DNA of 64,000 nt from Candidatus Cloacimonadales bacterium. Lineage in GTDB: Bacteria; Cloacimonadota; Cloacimonadia; Cloacimonadales; JAFGVF01. The notes under the pieces are model-generated. The model did no database searches. It was not told the origin of the DNA and saw only the letters and a program-made list of their open reading frames with translations. The position numbers and the translations under genes are program-made. The stretch lies in contig CAXXJV010000002.1 in the NCBI GenBank assembly GCA_963663475.2, positions 224,001 through 288,000 on the forward strand, given 5' to 3'. Positions 1 to 10,373 of this stretch are shown in pieces (positions within the stretch are counted from its first letter, which is position 1; each line of letters begins with the position of its first letter).

Positions 1-561
1 TATAGATTCTCAGATGAACAAGCTTCAACTATTGTTAAGATTGATAAGGATATTGTCTGCCTAAGAGAAGCTTCAATTCCATTTTATGAAATTAAGGAGA
101 GCTATTACAAATCAATGGTATTATTTGTTTGTACTGGAAATGTATGTCGCTCCCCAATAGCTGAATATCTCCTAAAACAAAAAATTGAAGCTAATCAGCT
201 ACCCTTTAGAACAGCTTCAGCAGGAGTACTTCAAGATGGTATGGTTATCTCTGCAAATTCAGCAGCCCTGCTTTTAGAAGCAGATATTGATGCTACAAAA
301 CATATTTCCAGAAAATTAAACGAGAATATTATTAGAGATAGCTGGCTGATCTTAACTATGGAAGAAGATCATAAAAAATATTTCGCTAAGAGGTATCCTC
401 AGTATGAGCATAAGGTATTTACCCTCTTAGAATTTTGTGGACAAGAAGGCGATATTGAAGATCCTTATCAAGAGAGTATTGAAAAGTATAAAATAGCTTA
501 TAAGATTATTGAAGAAAAAATAAATTGCTTAATTGATATATTAAAGAAAGAGGTAAAATAG
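1..561 (+). CDS. 5'-truncated fusion: C-terminal end of a TsaC/Sua5(YrdC)-like domain + low-molecular-weight protein (Tyr/Arg) phosphatase
   Basis: Frame is open from base 1 (YRFSDEQASTIVKIDKDIVCLREASIP..., resembling the YrdC C-terminal STIV...LRxG motif) into LFVCTGNVCRS (CX5RS P-loop) and DIEDPY. Confidence 0.75.
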   Translation, partial: YRFSDEQASTIVKIDKDIVCLREASIPFYEIKESYYKSMVLFVCTGNVCRSPIAEYLLKQKIEANQLPFRTASAGVLQDGMVISANSAALLLEADIDATKHISRKLNENIIRDSWLILTMEEDHKKYFAKRYPQYEHKVFTLLEFCGQEGDIEDPYQESIEKYKIAYKIIEEKINCLIDILKKEVK

Positions 562-2763
562 ATGATTGAACCGAAAATTACTCCAGAGATTATCCAAGAA
601 CATGGGATTAATCAAGAAGAGTGGAAACAAATTTTAGATACTTTGAAGAGACAACCTACCTTCACTGAATTAGGGATTATTTCAGTTATGTGGTCAGAAC
701 ATGCTAGTTATAAGAATTCAATCAAACTCATTAAAACACTTCCCAGAGATGGACAAGCTATGCTGGCCAAAGCTGGAGATGAAAATGCTGGTGTAGTTGA
801 TATTGGTGATGGCTTAGCTGTTTCCTTTAAAATCGAATCTCATAATCATCCTTCAGCTGTAGAACCTTATCATGGTGCTGCAACTGGTGTAGGAGGTATC
901 TTAAGAGATATCTTTACTATGGGAGCAAGACCTGTAGCTGTCTTAGATTCTTTAAGATTTGGTAATCCTAACAGTCCTAATGTTAAGTTCCTTATGCACG
1001 GTGTGGTTGATGGTATAGCTGATTATGGTAATTGTTTTGGCGTTCCTAATGTTGGTGGTGAAGTTTACTTTGAAGATAGTTATACAGGTAATCCTCTAGT
1101 AAATGCCATGGCTGTAGGAGTTTTAAAACATGAAAATCTCGCTAAATCAGGAGCCGAGGGTGTTGGTAACTATGTTATGTATGTAGGAGCTAAAACTGGT
1201 AGAGATGGTATTCATGGAGCCACCTTTGCTTCAGTTGAACTGACTGATGAATCAGAAGAAAAACGTACAGCTGTCCAAGTTGGAGATCCATTTATGGAAA
1301 AACTCCTTCTAGAAGCTACCTTAGAAACTATCGAAGCTGGTGTTATTGTAGCCATCCAAGATATGGGTGCAGCTGGTTTAACCTGCTCAAGTAGTGAAAT
1401 GGCTGGTAAGACAGGTGTAGGAATTGAGCTTGATGTTAACTTAGTTCCCAAACGTGAATCTGGTATGACCCCCTACGAAGTAATGTTGTCAGAATCTCAA
1501 GAGAGAATGTTGATGATTGTGGAAGATAAAAATGTAGAGAAAGTACAAGCTATCTATGAAAAATGGGATCTTCATGCTGAAATAATAGGAAAAGTTACAG
1601 ATGATGGTATGTTAAGAGTTAAAGAGGGTGATCTTGTTAAAGCTGAATTACCTGCTAAAATGCTAGTTCTTGGTGGTGATGCTCCTCAGTATGACCGTGA
1701 ACAGAAAAAACCAGATTATATAGATCAAGTTCAAAATGCTGACTTATCTGATATTCCTCAACCAGATGATTATAATCAGGCATTTATTACTCTTCTCTCA
1801 TCTTATAACATAGCCTCGAAAGCTAGTATCTATAAGCAATATGACCACATGGTTCAGATTAATTCAATGGTCGAACCAGGTTCTGATGCAGGTGTTGTTA
1901 GGGTTAAAGATACTAACAAAGCACTTGCTCTCTCCACAGATTGTAATGGAAGACATTGCTGGCTTAACCCTTATGAAGGTGCTAAAGGTGCTGTTGCTGA
2001 ATCTGCTCGTAATGTTGTTTGTAGTGGAGCTAAGCCTATAGCTATTACCAACTGCTTAAACTTTGGTAATCCTTATAAACCAGAAGTCTACTGGACTTTT
2101 GCCCAAGCAATAAAAGGTATAGGTGATGCTTGTAGAGCTTTCGATACACCTGTTACTGGTGGTAATGTCTCATTCTATAATGAAAATCCTACTACTGCTA
2201 TTTACCCAACTCCTACTATTGGTATGCTAGGACTTATCTCTGATAATAAAAAAATAATGGATCAATACTTCAAAGATGAAGGTGATATAATTATTCTTTT
2301 AGGAGATAAGGCAGATTCCTTTGCTGGTTCAGAATATCTTAAAGAAGTGCATGGAAAGATTTTAGGTAATGCGCCTCAAGTAGATTTAGATAAAGAAAAA
2401 AGATTATATGAAATAGTCTTAGAACTCATTGATAAAGGTCTAATCAAGTCTGCTCATGACTGTTCAGATGGTGGACTAGCTGTAGCACTAGCTGAATCTT
2501 GTTTCTTACCAAACAAAAGTGTTAAGGGAGCTATTATTGATATTGATTTTGAACACAGACCAGACCAAGAACTATTTGGTGAAGCTCATTCTCGTATTGT
2601 AATTTCAACTGTAGCAGAAAATATTCCTGCAATAATCGATATATGTGATGACTTTACTTGCTCTGTAATCGGAGAAGTTAGTGGCGATTCCTTCAAGATT
2701 AATGATATTATTGATATCCCAAAAGATAAACTTTTTGCTAGTTGGTATAATAGAATTAAATAA
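562..2763 (+). CDS. purL: Phosphoribosylformylglycinamidine synthase subunit PurL
   Basis: [52 protein letters not shown] motifs; 733 aa small-type PurL. Confidence 0.97.
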   Translation: MIEPKITPEIIQEHGINQEEWKQILDTLKRQPTFTELGIISVMWSEHASYKNSIKLIKTLPRDGQAMLAKAGDENAGVVDIGDGLAVSFKIESHNHPSAVEPYHGAATGVGGILRDIFTMGARPVAVLDSLRFGNPNSPNVKFLMHGVVDGIADYGNCFGVPNVGGEVYFEDSYTGNPLVNAMAVGVLKHENLAKSGAEGVGNYVMYVGAKTGRDGIHGATFASVELTDESEEKRTAVQVGDPFMEKLLLEATLETIEAGVIVAIQDMGAAGLTCSSSEMAGKTGVGIELDVNLVPKRESGMTPYEVMLSESQERMLMIVEDKNVEKVQAIYEKWDLHAEIIGKVTDDGMLRVKEGDLVKAELPAKMLVLGGDAPQYDREQKKPDYIDQVQNADLSDIPQPDDYNQAFITLLSSYNIASKASIYKQYDHMVQINSMVEPGSDAGVVRVKDTNKALALSTDCNGRHCWLNPYEGAKGAVAESARNVVCSGAKPIAITNCLNFGNPYKPEVYWTFAQAIKGIGDACRAFDTPVTGGNVSFYNENPTTAIYPTPTIGMLGLISDNKKIMDQYFKDEGDIIILLGDKADSFAGSEYLKEVHGKILGNAPQVDLDKEKRLYEIVLELIDKGLIKSAHDCSDGGLAVALAESCFLPNKSVKGAIIDIDFEHRPDQELFGEAHSRIVISTVAENIPAIIDICDDFTCSVIGEVSGDSFKINDIIDIPKDKLFASWYNRIK

Positions 2764-2780
2764 TAATTGACAGAAAATAA

Positions 2781-2825
2781 AAGAGACACAAAAATAACCT
2801 ATTATTGTGTCTCTTATTTTTTTTT
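2781..2825 (+). terminator. Probable intrinsic terminator after purL
   Basis: aagagacacaa...ttgtgtctctt stem followed by a long T run. Confidence 0.55.
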
Positions 2826-2854
2826 GACTAAAAATACTCAAATTTGGAGGAGGA

Positions 2855-3367
2855 ATGAAGATGAACTTTTTATTTTCCAATGCTTTTTGGGGAGTTTTAT
2901 TAATTCTCTGGGGCTTGTCTTTAGTGTTAAAAGCTTTTTTCCCAAGTATTAGATTTCCTATAGCTACAATTTTTATTTCTATTTGCATTATTGTTTTTGG
3001 ATTTCAATTACTAATAGGTGGTTTTGGTTCAAACAGAAGCAGAAACCATAAAAGAATGAGTCATGGCTATACAGAAAGAATTTCCGAAGAATTTTCTGAA
3101 GAACTGAATGTTGTCTTTTCGACTGATAGCATAAGGTTAAACAAGTTAGATGTCTCAACTCAAGACAGATATGTTGATGTAAATGCTGTATTCGGACGAG
3201 CTATAATTTATGTTAGTAGTACAACACCAGTGAGAATTGAGGCAGATGCTGTCTTTGGTAAAATCTATAAAGATTCAAGGTTAAAATGGGCTTCTGGCAA
3301 TGAAACAGCTCTCATCATAAATGCTGATGCTGTCTTTGGATCTGTGGATATTATAGTTTTAGATTAA
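2855..3367 (+). CDS. LiaF-like membrane protein (two N-terminal TM helices, C-terminal repeated 'ADAVFG' beta motifs)
   Basis: FWGVLLILWG TM start; repeated NAVFG/DAVFG; RBS ggagg. Confidence 0.65.
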   Translation: MKMNFLFSNAFWGVLLILWGLSLVLKAFFPSIRFPIATIFISICIIVFGFQLLIGGFGSNRSRNHKRMSHGYTERISEEFSEELNVVFSTDSIRLNKLDVSTQDRYVDVNAVFGRAIIYVSSTTPVRIEADAVFGKIYKDSRLKWASGNETALIINADAVFGSVDIIVLD

Positions 3368-3370
3368 TCG

Positions 3371-5527
3371 ATGAAAAAAAGCATTTTTCTTGTATGTTTT
3401 CTCATTTGTCTTTTTAGCCTGCAAGCTAAAGACCAAAAAATAGGTCTTGCCCTTAGTGGGGGAGGTGCACGTGGCTTTGCTCATATAGGCTTGCTCAAGG
3501 TTATTGATGAAATAGGCTTAGAAATTGATTATGTTTCAGGAACAAGTTTTGGTGCTTTGATAGGAGCTCTTTATTCCTTAGGCTATTCAGGCAAAGAAAT
3601 TGAAGATATCTTTCTTAAATTTGATTTTAGAAGTAATATTGACGAATCAATAAGTAGAAAAGATCTCTTTATCGAAGAAAAGCGGTGGTTAGATTATGGT
3701 GCTGTTAGTTTCAATATTGATGAAGACCTTTCCTTAGATATTCCTATTTCTATCTTATCTGGTAATAATATGTTGCAGAAACTAGCAAAGTATCTTAACA
3801 CAGGGGCTTATTATCAAAATTTTGATGATTTCCCAATCCCTTTTAGATGCAATGCTACCAACTTAACTACTGGTGAAAGTGTTACCTTCAGCAAGGGTAA
3901 CCTGATTGATGTAGTTCGTGCTTCCATGGCTTTCCCTACCCTATTAGAGCCTTTTTTGGTGAATGATCAACCTTATGTAGATGGTGGCGTTAAAGATAAC
4001 TTACCAGTCCAAGCTCTACTGGACATGGGCGCAGACTTTACAATTGCTAGTAAAGTAAATACTCCACTAAAAGATAAAGATGAATGTGAAGACTTTATAG
4101 CTATCCTAAATCAAACGATCAATATTAATATGAATGTCTGGGTTGAGGAATCAATCAAGAAAACTGATCTTTTGATTGTTCCACAACTAAACAATTTCAC
4201 TAATTCTAGTTTTGAAGATATTAGAGAAATAATTCAAGATGGGGAAGATGCAGCTAGAGCAAATCTAGATAGTCTTAAAAGCTTAGTTAAGCAAAACAAG
4301 TTTAAAAAAGCCAGAAAGAAAGCATATAGAACTCCTGAAAGAATATTTATCAATGATGTAAGTGTCTCAGGAAACAAGACAATTCATAGTAGCAAGGTAA
4401 AGTTATATGCTGGGCTTGATAGTAATAACTTTTATTCTTTCAATCAAATTCTTCAAGCTTCCAAAAAGTGTTATAATACTAAAAACTTCACTTGGGTATA
4501 TCCTAAACTTAAGTATAAAGATGGTAAGTATGACCTGGAAATAGTTACTAAGGAAAGAGGTAAAAGCTTTGCATCTTTTGATGCTATCTATGATACCTCT
4601 GATGATCTAGTAGCGAGACTTACTACAACCCTAAATAATATTATTCAAAAGAACTCTAAGTTTATTGCAAGCTTGCAATTAGGAGGGGTTAATTCTCTTA
4701 AAGTAGACTATGTTAAAAATTTCGGAGACCTTTATGGAGCATATTATCACCTATTTCCATATATAGAAGAAAGCAAACTTTATTACTATAATGAAGAAGG
4801 TGATAAAAGTGTTAGAATCAAGAAATTGGAGTATGGTCTAAATTTAGGAATTGGCTTCTTTATCAAAGATATTTTGGTGGGAGAGGGCTATTTATTCGGT
4901 TTTAGATCTAATCTTTACCAAGATGTAGCTGACTTAGATTTAGAGCAAAGACAGTTTAAATCTTCTGGTCTAGGTCTCAAAGCTTATCATGAAACTTTAG
5001 ATGACCTTTACTTCCCTAGTTCAGGCAATAGAATAATGATGAGTTATCAAAAAGCACTCGATAGCCCTTTAGCTGATGAATCATATGAAAAAATATATAT
5101 AGACTTGTTCAAAGCTTTTCCGCTCTCTAATTCTTTATCTGTGCAAGCTGGAATTGAAAGCGGACTCTTTAGAAATGCAGATTTAGGAATTTCATTTTCC
5201 CCCTATGAAATTGGTGGTATCGATTCATTTACAGGTATTGATAAACATGGACTTAACGAAGAAGCATTTCAAATTAATAGGTTAGGTATGCAATATGAAT
5301 TTAATAATAGATACTACCTTACTATGAGTGGTCAGTATCTCTATAAAGGTGAATTAAAAAAATCAGGACAAGCACTAACTTCTCAAAAGGTTATTGACCT
5401 TAGCCTGGGCTATAAAACACCTCTAGGACCACTTCGCTTAGCTATTTCATACGACTTTGATTCCAATGTTAACTACTATTTAGCATTTGGATTCACTAAG
5501 GATATGTTCAAACTCTCAAAACACTAG
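3371..5527 (+). CDS. Patatin-like phospholipase with POTRA and Omp85 beta-barrel (PlpD/type Vd-like)
   Basis: Signal peptide, LSGGGARG, GTSFG, DGG motifs; C-terminal YKTPLGPLRL barrel motif. Confidence 0.85.
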   Translation: MKKSIFLVCFLICLFSLQAKDQKIGLALSGGGARGFAHIGLLKVIDEIGLEIDYVSGTSFGALIGALYSLGYSGKEIEDIFLKFDFRSNIDESISRKDLFIEEKRWLDYGAVSFNIDEDLSLDIPISILSGNNMLQKLAKYLNTGAYYQNFDDFPIPFRCNATNLTTGESVTFSKGNLIDVVRASMAFPTLLEPFLVNDQPYVDGGVKDNLPVQALLDMGADFTIASKVNTPLKDKDECEDFIAILNQTININMNVWVEESIKKTDLLIVPQLNNFTNSSFEDIREIIQDGEDAARANLDSLKSLVKQNKFKKARKKAYRTPERIFINDVSVSGNKTIHSSKVKLYAGLDSNNFYSFNQILQASKKCYNTKNFTWVYPKLKYKDGKYDLEIVTKERGKSFASFDAIYDTSDDLVARLTTTLNNIIQKNSKFIASLQLGGVNSLKVDYVKNFGDLYGAYYHLFPYIEESKLYYYNEEGDKSVRIKKLEYGLNLGIGFFIKDILVGEGYLFGFRSNLYQDVADLDLEQRQFKSSGLGLKAYHETLDDLYFPSSGNRIMMSYQKALDSPLADESYEKIYIDLFKAFPLSNSLSVQAGIESGLFRNADLGISFSPYEIGGIDSFTGIDKHGLNEEAFQINRLGMQYEFNNRYYLTMSGQYLYKGELKKSGQALTSQKVIDLSLGYKTPLGPLRLAISYDFDSNVNYYLAFGFTKDMFKLSKH

Positions 5528-5535
5528 GAGGATAT

Positions 5536-6519
5536 ATGATACCTGTAATTGATCTTCATGCTGATACCTACATGAAGAAGAATATTTTTTCTACCCTACC
5601 TTGGTTAAGAAAGGCCTATTTTAAATTACCTTCTCAACCTGATAAAGAAGTTCAGATGACCGAAGATATCACTAAAGAAAGTCTTGTAGCTGGAAATGTT
5701 AAACTACAAACTCAATCCCTATTTATTGGTCAGATAGGCATTACTAATCCTCTCCATAATAGCTTAAAAATGATATCACAGATAAAACAAGATATTAAGA
5801 AAGATATTGACTTATATCAATATTATGAAAGTAGAGATTTTGACGAACATAAAGATAAATATGGTACCTTGATTTCTATTGAAGGCTTAGAAGTTATAGA
5901 AAATGACCTAGAGTTACTTGATATTTTTGCAGAACTCGGGGTTAGGATAATTGGTCCAACTTGGAACAGATCTCTTCCCTATGTAGGATCTGCTACTGAA
6001 CCATATGGTATTCTTAGACAAGGTAGGAAGCTAGCAGATAAGATTAATGAATTAGGACTGATATTCGATGTCTCACATATGTCTGATCAAGGTTTTTGGG
6101 ATTTCTTAAATATCTTAGAAGTTCCAATTATTGCCTCCCATTCAAATTATCGTAATGTCCTTCCTCATGAAAGAAATTTATCTGAAGAAATGATTAGAGA
6201 AATTGATAATCTCGGAGGTGTTATGGGATTGAACTTCTATCCTGATTTCATGCAAACATCAAAAATTCAAACATTTGCAGATTATCCTAAAGGCTATTCA
6301 GCTATTTATCACATGCTTGATGTAATTGTCTCAGAATTTGGAGATGATGTTGTAGCAATAGGTTCCGATTTTGATGGAATTTCTAAATATTTAGAAGGAG
6401 TTAGAAACCCCAGTTTTTACCAAGATTTCGCAGTCTTTCTAAGAAAACATAATGTTTCTATGAACACAATTGAAAAATTTTATTATAAGAATGCTCTTAG
6501 AGTGTTAAATATGATATGA
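5536..6519 (+). CDS. Membrane dipeptidase (peptidase M19)
   Basis: IDLHADT, SIEG, DVSH, ASHSN, RNL, IGSDFDG motifs. Confidence 0.88.
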   Translation: MIPVIDLHADTYMKKNIFSTLPWLRKAYFKLPSQPDKEVQMTEDITKESLVAGNVKLQTQSLFIGQIGITNPLHNSLKMISQIKQDIKKDIDLYQYYESRDFDEHKDKYGTLISIEGLEVIENDLELLDIFAELGVRIIGPTWNRSLPYVGSATEPYGILRQGRKLADKINELGLIFDVSHMSDQGFWDFLNILEVPIIASHSNYRNVLPHERNLSEEMIREIDNLGGVMGLNFYPDFMQTSKIQTFADYPKGYSAIYHMLDVIVSEFGDDVVAIGSDFDGISKYLEGVRNPSFYQDFAVFLRKHNVSMNTIEKFYYKNALRVLNMI

Positions 6520-6526
6520 GGAAAGT

Positions 6527-7114
6527 ATGAAAAGATGTGAATGGTGCTTATCTGACCCCTTGTATATGAAATACCATGATGAAGAATGGGGAAAACCACT
6601 CTATGATGATCAAAAACTATTTGAGTTTTTAGTCTTAGAGTCTATGCAGGCAGGTTTGAGTTGGCTTACTATTCTTAAAAAGAGAGATAACTTCAGACAG
6701 GCTTTTGCTAATTTCGATATTGCTAAAGTTGCAAGATTTAATGAAGAGAAAGTCCAAGCTCTTTTAGCCAATCCAGGAATCATTAGGAATAAACTGAAAG
6801 TTAGAGCTGCTATTAATAATGCCCAGAGAATCCAAGAAATTCAGGCAGAATTTGCTTCCTTCTCTAGTTATCTTTGGTCTTTTGTAAACGGCAAGCCAAT
6901 AAATAACCACTTTGAGAATATTCATGACCTGCCTAGCTCCACCAACTTATCTGATAAAATATGCAAAGATTTAAAGAAAAGGAAATTTAAGTTTGTAGGT
7001 GGGACTATAATATATTCATTCATGCAAGCAGTAGGTATGGTAAATGATCACATAGTTGATTGTTACAGATATAAGCAAATTCAAGATAATGGATTAACCC
7101 AAATAATGCATTAG
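6527..7114 (+). CDS. tag: DNA-3-methyladenine glycosylase I
   Basis: RCEWC, YHDEEWG, LESMQAGLSW, IIRNKLK, MQAVGMVNDHIVDC. Confidence 0.95.
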   Translation: MKRCEWCLSDPLYMKYHDEEWGKPLYDDQKLFEFLVLESMQAGLSWLTILKKRDNFRQAFANFDIAKVARFNEEKVQALLANPGIIRNKLKVRAAINNAQRIQEIQAEFASFSSYLWSFVNGKPINNHFENIHDLPSSTNLSDKICKDLKKRKFKFVGGTIIYSFMQAVGMVNDHIVDCYRYKQIQDNGLTQIMH

Positions 7115-7165
7115 ATCTTTGCGAATAGCACTCTTCATCAAAGTTAAAATGCACTATTCGGGATT
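7096..7165 (+). repeat. Repeat family A (hairpin/MITE-like), short copy overlapping the tag stop codon
   Basis: aacccaaataatgcattag...gcgaatagcactcttcatcaaag...tgcactattcgggatt; matches ends of the full copy at 63321. Confidence 0.85.
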
Positions 7166-7235
7166 AAGATAGATAGAAAAATTCGATTATTCTTGACTAC
7201 AAACCCTAGTGGAAAATTACTCAACAAAACAAAAT

Positions 7236-7285
7236 AAACAGAATGATATAGTAGAACTTAAAATAACTACTGTATTATTTGGGTT
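7236..7285 (-). repeat. Repeat family A mini copy (terminal repeats only) just upstream of the kdsA RBS
   Basis: Reverse complement reads aacccaaataatacagtag...aagttctactatatcattctgttt. Confidence 0.7.
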
Positions 7286-7297
7286 AAAGGATTTTTA

Positions 7298-8092
7298 ATG
7301 TATAATAGATTGAAAGAAAGTAAGAATTTTTTTCTTTTAGCAGGACCATGTGTTATTGAATCTGAAGATATGATGTATAAGATTGCTGAGGAACTTAAGA
7401 GATTATCAGTCAAGTTTGATATACCTCTTGTCTTTAAAGCCTCTTACAAAAAAGCTAATAGGACTTCACTAGACTCATTTACTGGTCTTGGTATTGAAAC
7501 AGGTCTTAAACTGTTAGCTCAAATAAAGGCAGATTTTGACCTTCCTATAGTAACAGATGTTCATGAAACTAATGAAATTGAACAAGTTGCTCAGGTAGCT
7601 GATATTATTCAAATTCCTGCTTTTTTATCTAGGCAGACTGACCTCTTAATTCAAGCAGGTAAAACTGGTAAAATAGTAAATATTAAAAAAGCTCAATTTA
7701 TGGCAGGCCAAGACATTATTTCTGCTGCTGAGAAAGTTATATCTACGTCTAACAAAAATATTCTCTTAACTGAAAGAGGAACATCGTTTGGCTATAACAA
7801 TTTAGTTGTAGATTTTAGAAATTTTGCTATAATGCATAAGGCAAATTTTCCTATTGTTTATGATGTAACTCATTCTCTCCAACAACCTTCTCTACACAAA
7901 ATCTCTGGTGGTAGTCCTGAATATGTACCTATGATGGCTAAGGCTGCTCTTGCTACTGGATTGGTAGATGGACTCTTTATTGAAACACACCCACAACCTG
8001 AAAAAGCTCTTAGCGATGCTAAATCAATGATCGCTTTGAACCAAATGGAAAAACTACTTACCGATTGTATAAGGATATGGAATGCAAGATAA
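7298..8092 (+). CDS. kdsA: KDO-8-phosphate synthase
   Basis: AGPCVIES, KASYKKANRTS, QIPAFLSRQTDL, ERGTSFGYNNLVVD. Confidence 0.96.
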   Translation: MYNRLKESKNFFLLAGPCVIESEDMMYKIAEELKRLSVKFDIPLVFKASYKKANRTSLDSFTGLGIETGLKLLAQIKADFDLPIVTDVHETNEIEQVAQVADIIQIPAFLSRQTDLLIQAGKTGKIVNIKKAQFMAGQDIISAAEKVISTSNKNILLTERGTSFGYNNLVVDFRNFAIMHKANFPIVYDVTHSLQQPSLHKISGGSPEYVPMMAKAALATGLVDGLFIETHPQPEKALSDAKSMIALNQMEKLLTDCIRIWNAR

Positions 8093-8609
8093 ATTAAAAA
8101 AGATTAAACTAGTCTGCTTCGATTGTGACGGAGTCTTGACTGATGGAAGAATCATCTATATTCAAACTGAAGATTACAAGGTTTATGAACAAAAAAACTT
8201 TTCTGCTCGAGATGGTATGGGAATAATGATGTTGAATAGGGCAGGTTTAATCCCAGCTGTTATCACTGGTAGAACATCAATGGTCTTACAAAAAAGATGC
8301 CAAGATTTAAAAATTAATCACTTCTATCAAAATATAGATAATAAAGCTATTAAAATGCAAGAATTACTCAACTTGTTAAATCTAGATTGGGAAAATTTAG
8401 CCTATATGGGGGATGATTGGAATGATTATCCTATTCTTGCTAAAGCAGGTTTTGCTGCTTGTCCTTTTGATGGTGAAGATGCTATTAAAGAATATGTTGA
8501 TTTTATCTCTCCTAATTGTGGAGGAAAAGGGGCTGTTAGGCAGTTGATTGACCTCATATTACATGCTCAAGGTTTATATGAAAAAGCTATTGAAAAGTTT
8601 ACTGATTAG
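8082..8609 (+). CDS. kdsC: KDO-8-phosphate phosphatase (HAD)
   Basis: FDCDGVLTDG, RDGMG, YMGDDWND, GGKGAVR; follows kdsA. Confidence 0.92.
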   Translation: MQDKLKKIKLVCFDCDGVLTDGRIIYIQTEDYKVYEQKNFSARDGMGIMMLNRAGLIPAVITGRTSMVLQKRCQDLKINHFYQNIDNKAIKMQELLNLLNLDWENLAYMGDDWNDYPILAKAGFAACPFDGEDAIKEYVDFISPNCGGKGAVRQLIDLILHAQGLYEKAIEKFTD

Positions 8610-9171
8610 TTTTCTCATTCTCCTTGCTTTGCTTTTAGTAGCTTGCGAGACTCCTTCTGACTCTGTTCAAATCCAGATGGATAGAAATGCTCCTGATGAA
8701 AACAGTAAGGGGGTTGAAATGAAAAGATATAATGGTGATAAGCTCGAATATCTTTTACAAGCTAGATCAATTACTCGCTATTATGAAGACCAAAGAACTA
8801 TTGCTGATTCAGTTTATATCATGACAGTTGAAGAGGAAACTGGAATTGTTTCAACTGTTGTTTGTGATACAACAATTATTGATGACCGTTCTAATATAAT
8901 TCGCGGAATAGGAAATGTTGTCTTTAAATATGGAGATTTGAGAAGAATTGAAACAGATTTAGCTCTCTGGGATAGAACTTCTGATAGAATTACCTGCCCT
9001 GGAGAAGTTGATTACTGGGACGCTAACACGTATTTAAACGGCTATAATCTAATAACAAATTCTAAATTAGAAATGACAAAAATGGAAAAAGTATCAGGTC
9101 AAGGAGTGGCGGATGAAAAGACTTTTGGCGATTTTTCTAATCGCAACAAGCCTAACAATAGCTCTGAGTAA
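8578..9171 (+). CDS. lptC: LPS export protein LptC-like lipoprotein
   Basis: Likely start ATG 8578; lipobox LLVAC; position kdsC-X-lptA; beta-jellyroll-like sequence. Confidence 0.7.
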   Translation: MKKLLKSLLISFLILLALLLVACETPSDSVQIQMDRNAPDENSKGVEMKRYNGDKLEYLLQARSITRYYEDQRTIADSVYIMTVEEETGIVSTVVCDTTIIDDRSNIIRGIGNVVFKYGDLRRIETDLALWDRTSDRITCPGEVDYWDANTYLNGYNLITNSKLEMTKMEKVSGQGVADEKTFGDFSNRNKPNNSSE

Positions 9172-10216
9172 AGAGATTATTCAAGATAAAAGTTATAAGA
9201 TAAAAAATGCTGATAATGTAGTCTTAAATAAAAATATGGATAAGTATATTCTTAATATGAACGGCAATGTGAATTTTATTTATGGCCAGATTGAGTTTTT
9301 CTGTGATAAATCAACAATAGTTGAACAAAATGAAACTGCTAAACTTTTTAATAATGTTATTGTCAAAAAAGATACACTCACCATTACTTCAGATTATGCC
9401 TACTATAATAATCTCCAAGAGATTGTTCAATTCAGTGGCAATGTCATTGCCTCTGAATACGACCCAAACATGAAACTGAAAAGAGTTTTCCAAGCTGATA
9501 CCCTTGTTTATAACAGGAAATTAGAAAAGATAACTGCTTCTAAGAATGTAATTGCTCAAGAACTATCAGAAAATATCTTTGCCTCTTCAGGCTATCTAGA
9601 ATATCATCGTAATGAAGGATATGGCTTTATGAATCTTGATCCTATTCTAGAGAATAAAAAAGATTCTTTAACTATCTCATCTGAAAAAATGGAGTATCAT
9701 GCCAATTTCGATAAAGTTCTTGCTATGTTCAATGTTGAAACAAAACTTAATGAAGCAGATATCTTTTCCAACTTTCTTATTTATTATAATGAAGAAGGTA
9801 AAGCTGTTTTTACTGGCCAACCTAAAATTGAAACTGACTTTGGTCTAGGCTCAGCAGAAACATTCAATCTCTTCTTTGTGGAAAATAATCTTTCGCATGT
9901 AGAATTTATTAATGATTGTAGGTTAGACTTCTCTTTCCAAGAAGAGCAAGACTTTAATAATTGGCTTACTGCTGAAAAAATTGATATTTTCTTTGAAGAG
10001 AAAAAACCAAAATCTATGCTAGCTGAAACTAATGTTATCTATGAAATAATTTCTGAAGAAGAAAGAGAAAATAGTAAAGACTATTCTCGAAATCAATCAT
10101 CTTCTAATAAACTGCAAGTAGTTTTCACTCAAGATAATGAAATTGAAGAGATAAATCAATTAGAAAATATTAAAGGCACTTATATCTTCAAGTCAGCTCC
10201 CAAACAAACAAAATAA
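9113..10216 (+). CDS. LptA/OstA-like periplasmic protein (extended)
   Basis: Signal peptide, repeated GNV/ADTLVY beta-jellyroll motifs; follows lptC. Confidence 0.7.
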   Translation: MKRLLAIFLIATSLTIALSKEIIQDKSYKIKNADNVVLNKNMDKYILNMNGNVNFIYGQIEFFCDKSTIVEQNETAKLFNNVIVKKDTLTITSDYAYYNNLQEIVQFSGNVIASEYDPNMKLKRVFQADTLVYNRKLEKITASKNVIAQELSENIFASSGYLEYHRNEGYGFMNLDPILENKKDSLTISSEKMEYHANFDKVLAMFNVETKLNEADIFSNFLIYYNEEGKAVFTGQPKIETDFGLGSAETFNLFFVENNLSHVEFINDCRLDFSFQEEQDFNNWLTAEKIDIFFEEKKPKSMLAETNVIYEIISEEERENSKDYSRNQSSSNKLQVVFTQDNEIEEINQLENIKGTYIFKSAPKQTK

Positions 10217-10233
10217 GCTTATTTTCTTCTAAA

Positions 10234-10270
10234 TATATCAAAATGATATTTAGCTATATCAAAATGATAT
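10234..10270. promoter_or_regulatory. Tandem palindromic activator sites (putative enhancer for a sigma54 activator)
   Basis: tatatcaaaatgatat at 10234-10249 and 10255-10270, exact 16-mers 21 bp apart, core ATATCA-N3-TGATAT. Confidence 0.7.
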
Positions 10271-10356
10271 ATATTTTCAGCCTTCTTACAATCTAAAATA
10301 TTCAACTATTTATGATAAGATACTTATAGACAAAGTCTTAAGACTTTTGAAAATCT

Positions 10357-10373
10357 TTGGAACGCCCTGTGCA
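10357..10373 (+). promoter_or_regulatory. Sigma54 (-24/-12) promoter
   Basis: ttGGaacgccctgtGCa, GG-N10-GC spacing, about 40 bp before the start at 10415. Confidence 0.7.

Noticed and set aside
2586-2988. Short ORFs 2586-2789, 2605-2988 and 2767-2952
   Set aside because: They overlap purL, the LiaF-like gene or the terminator; shadow ORFs
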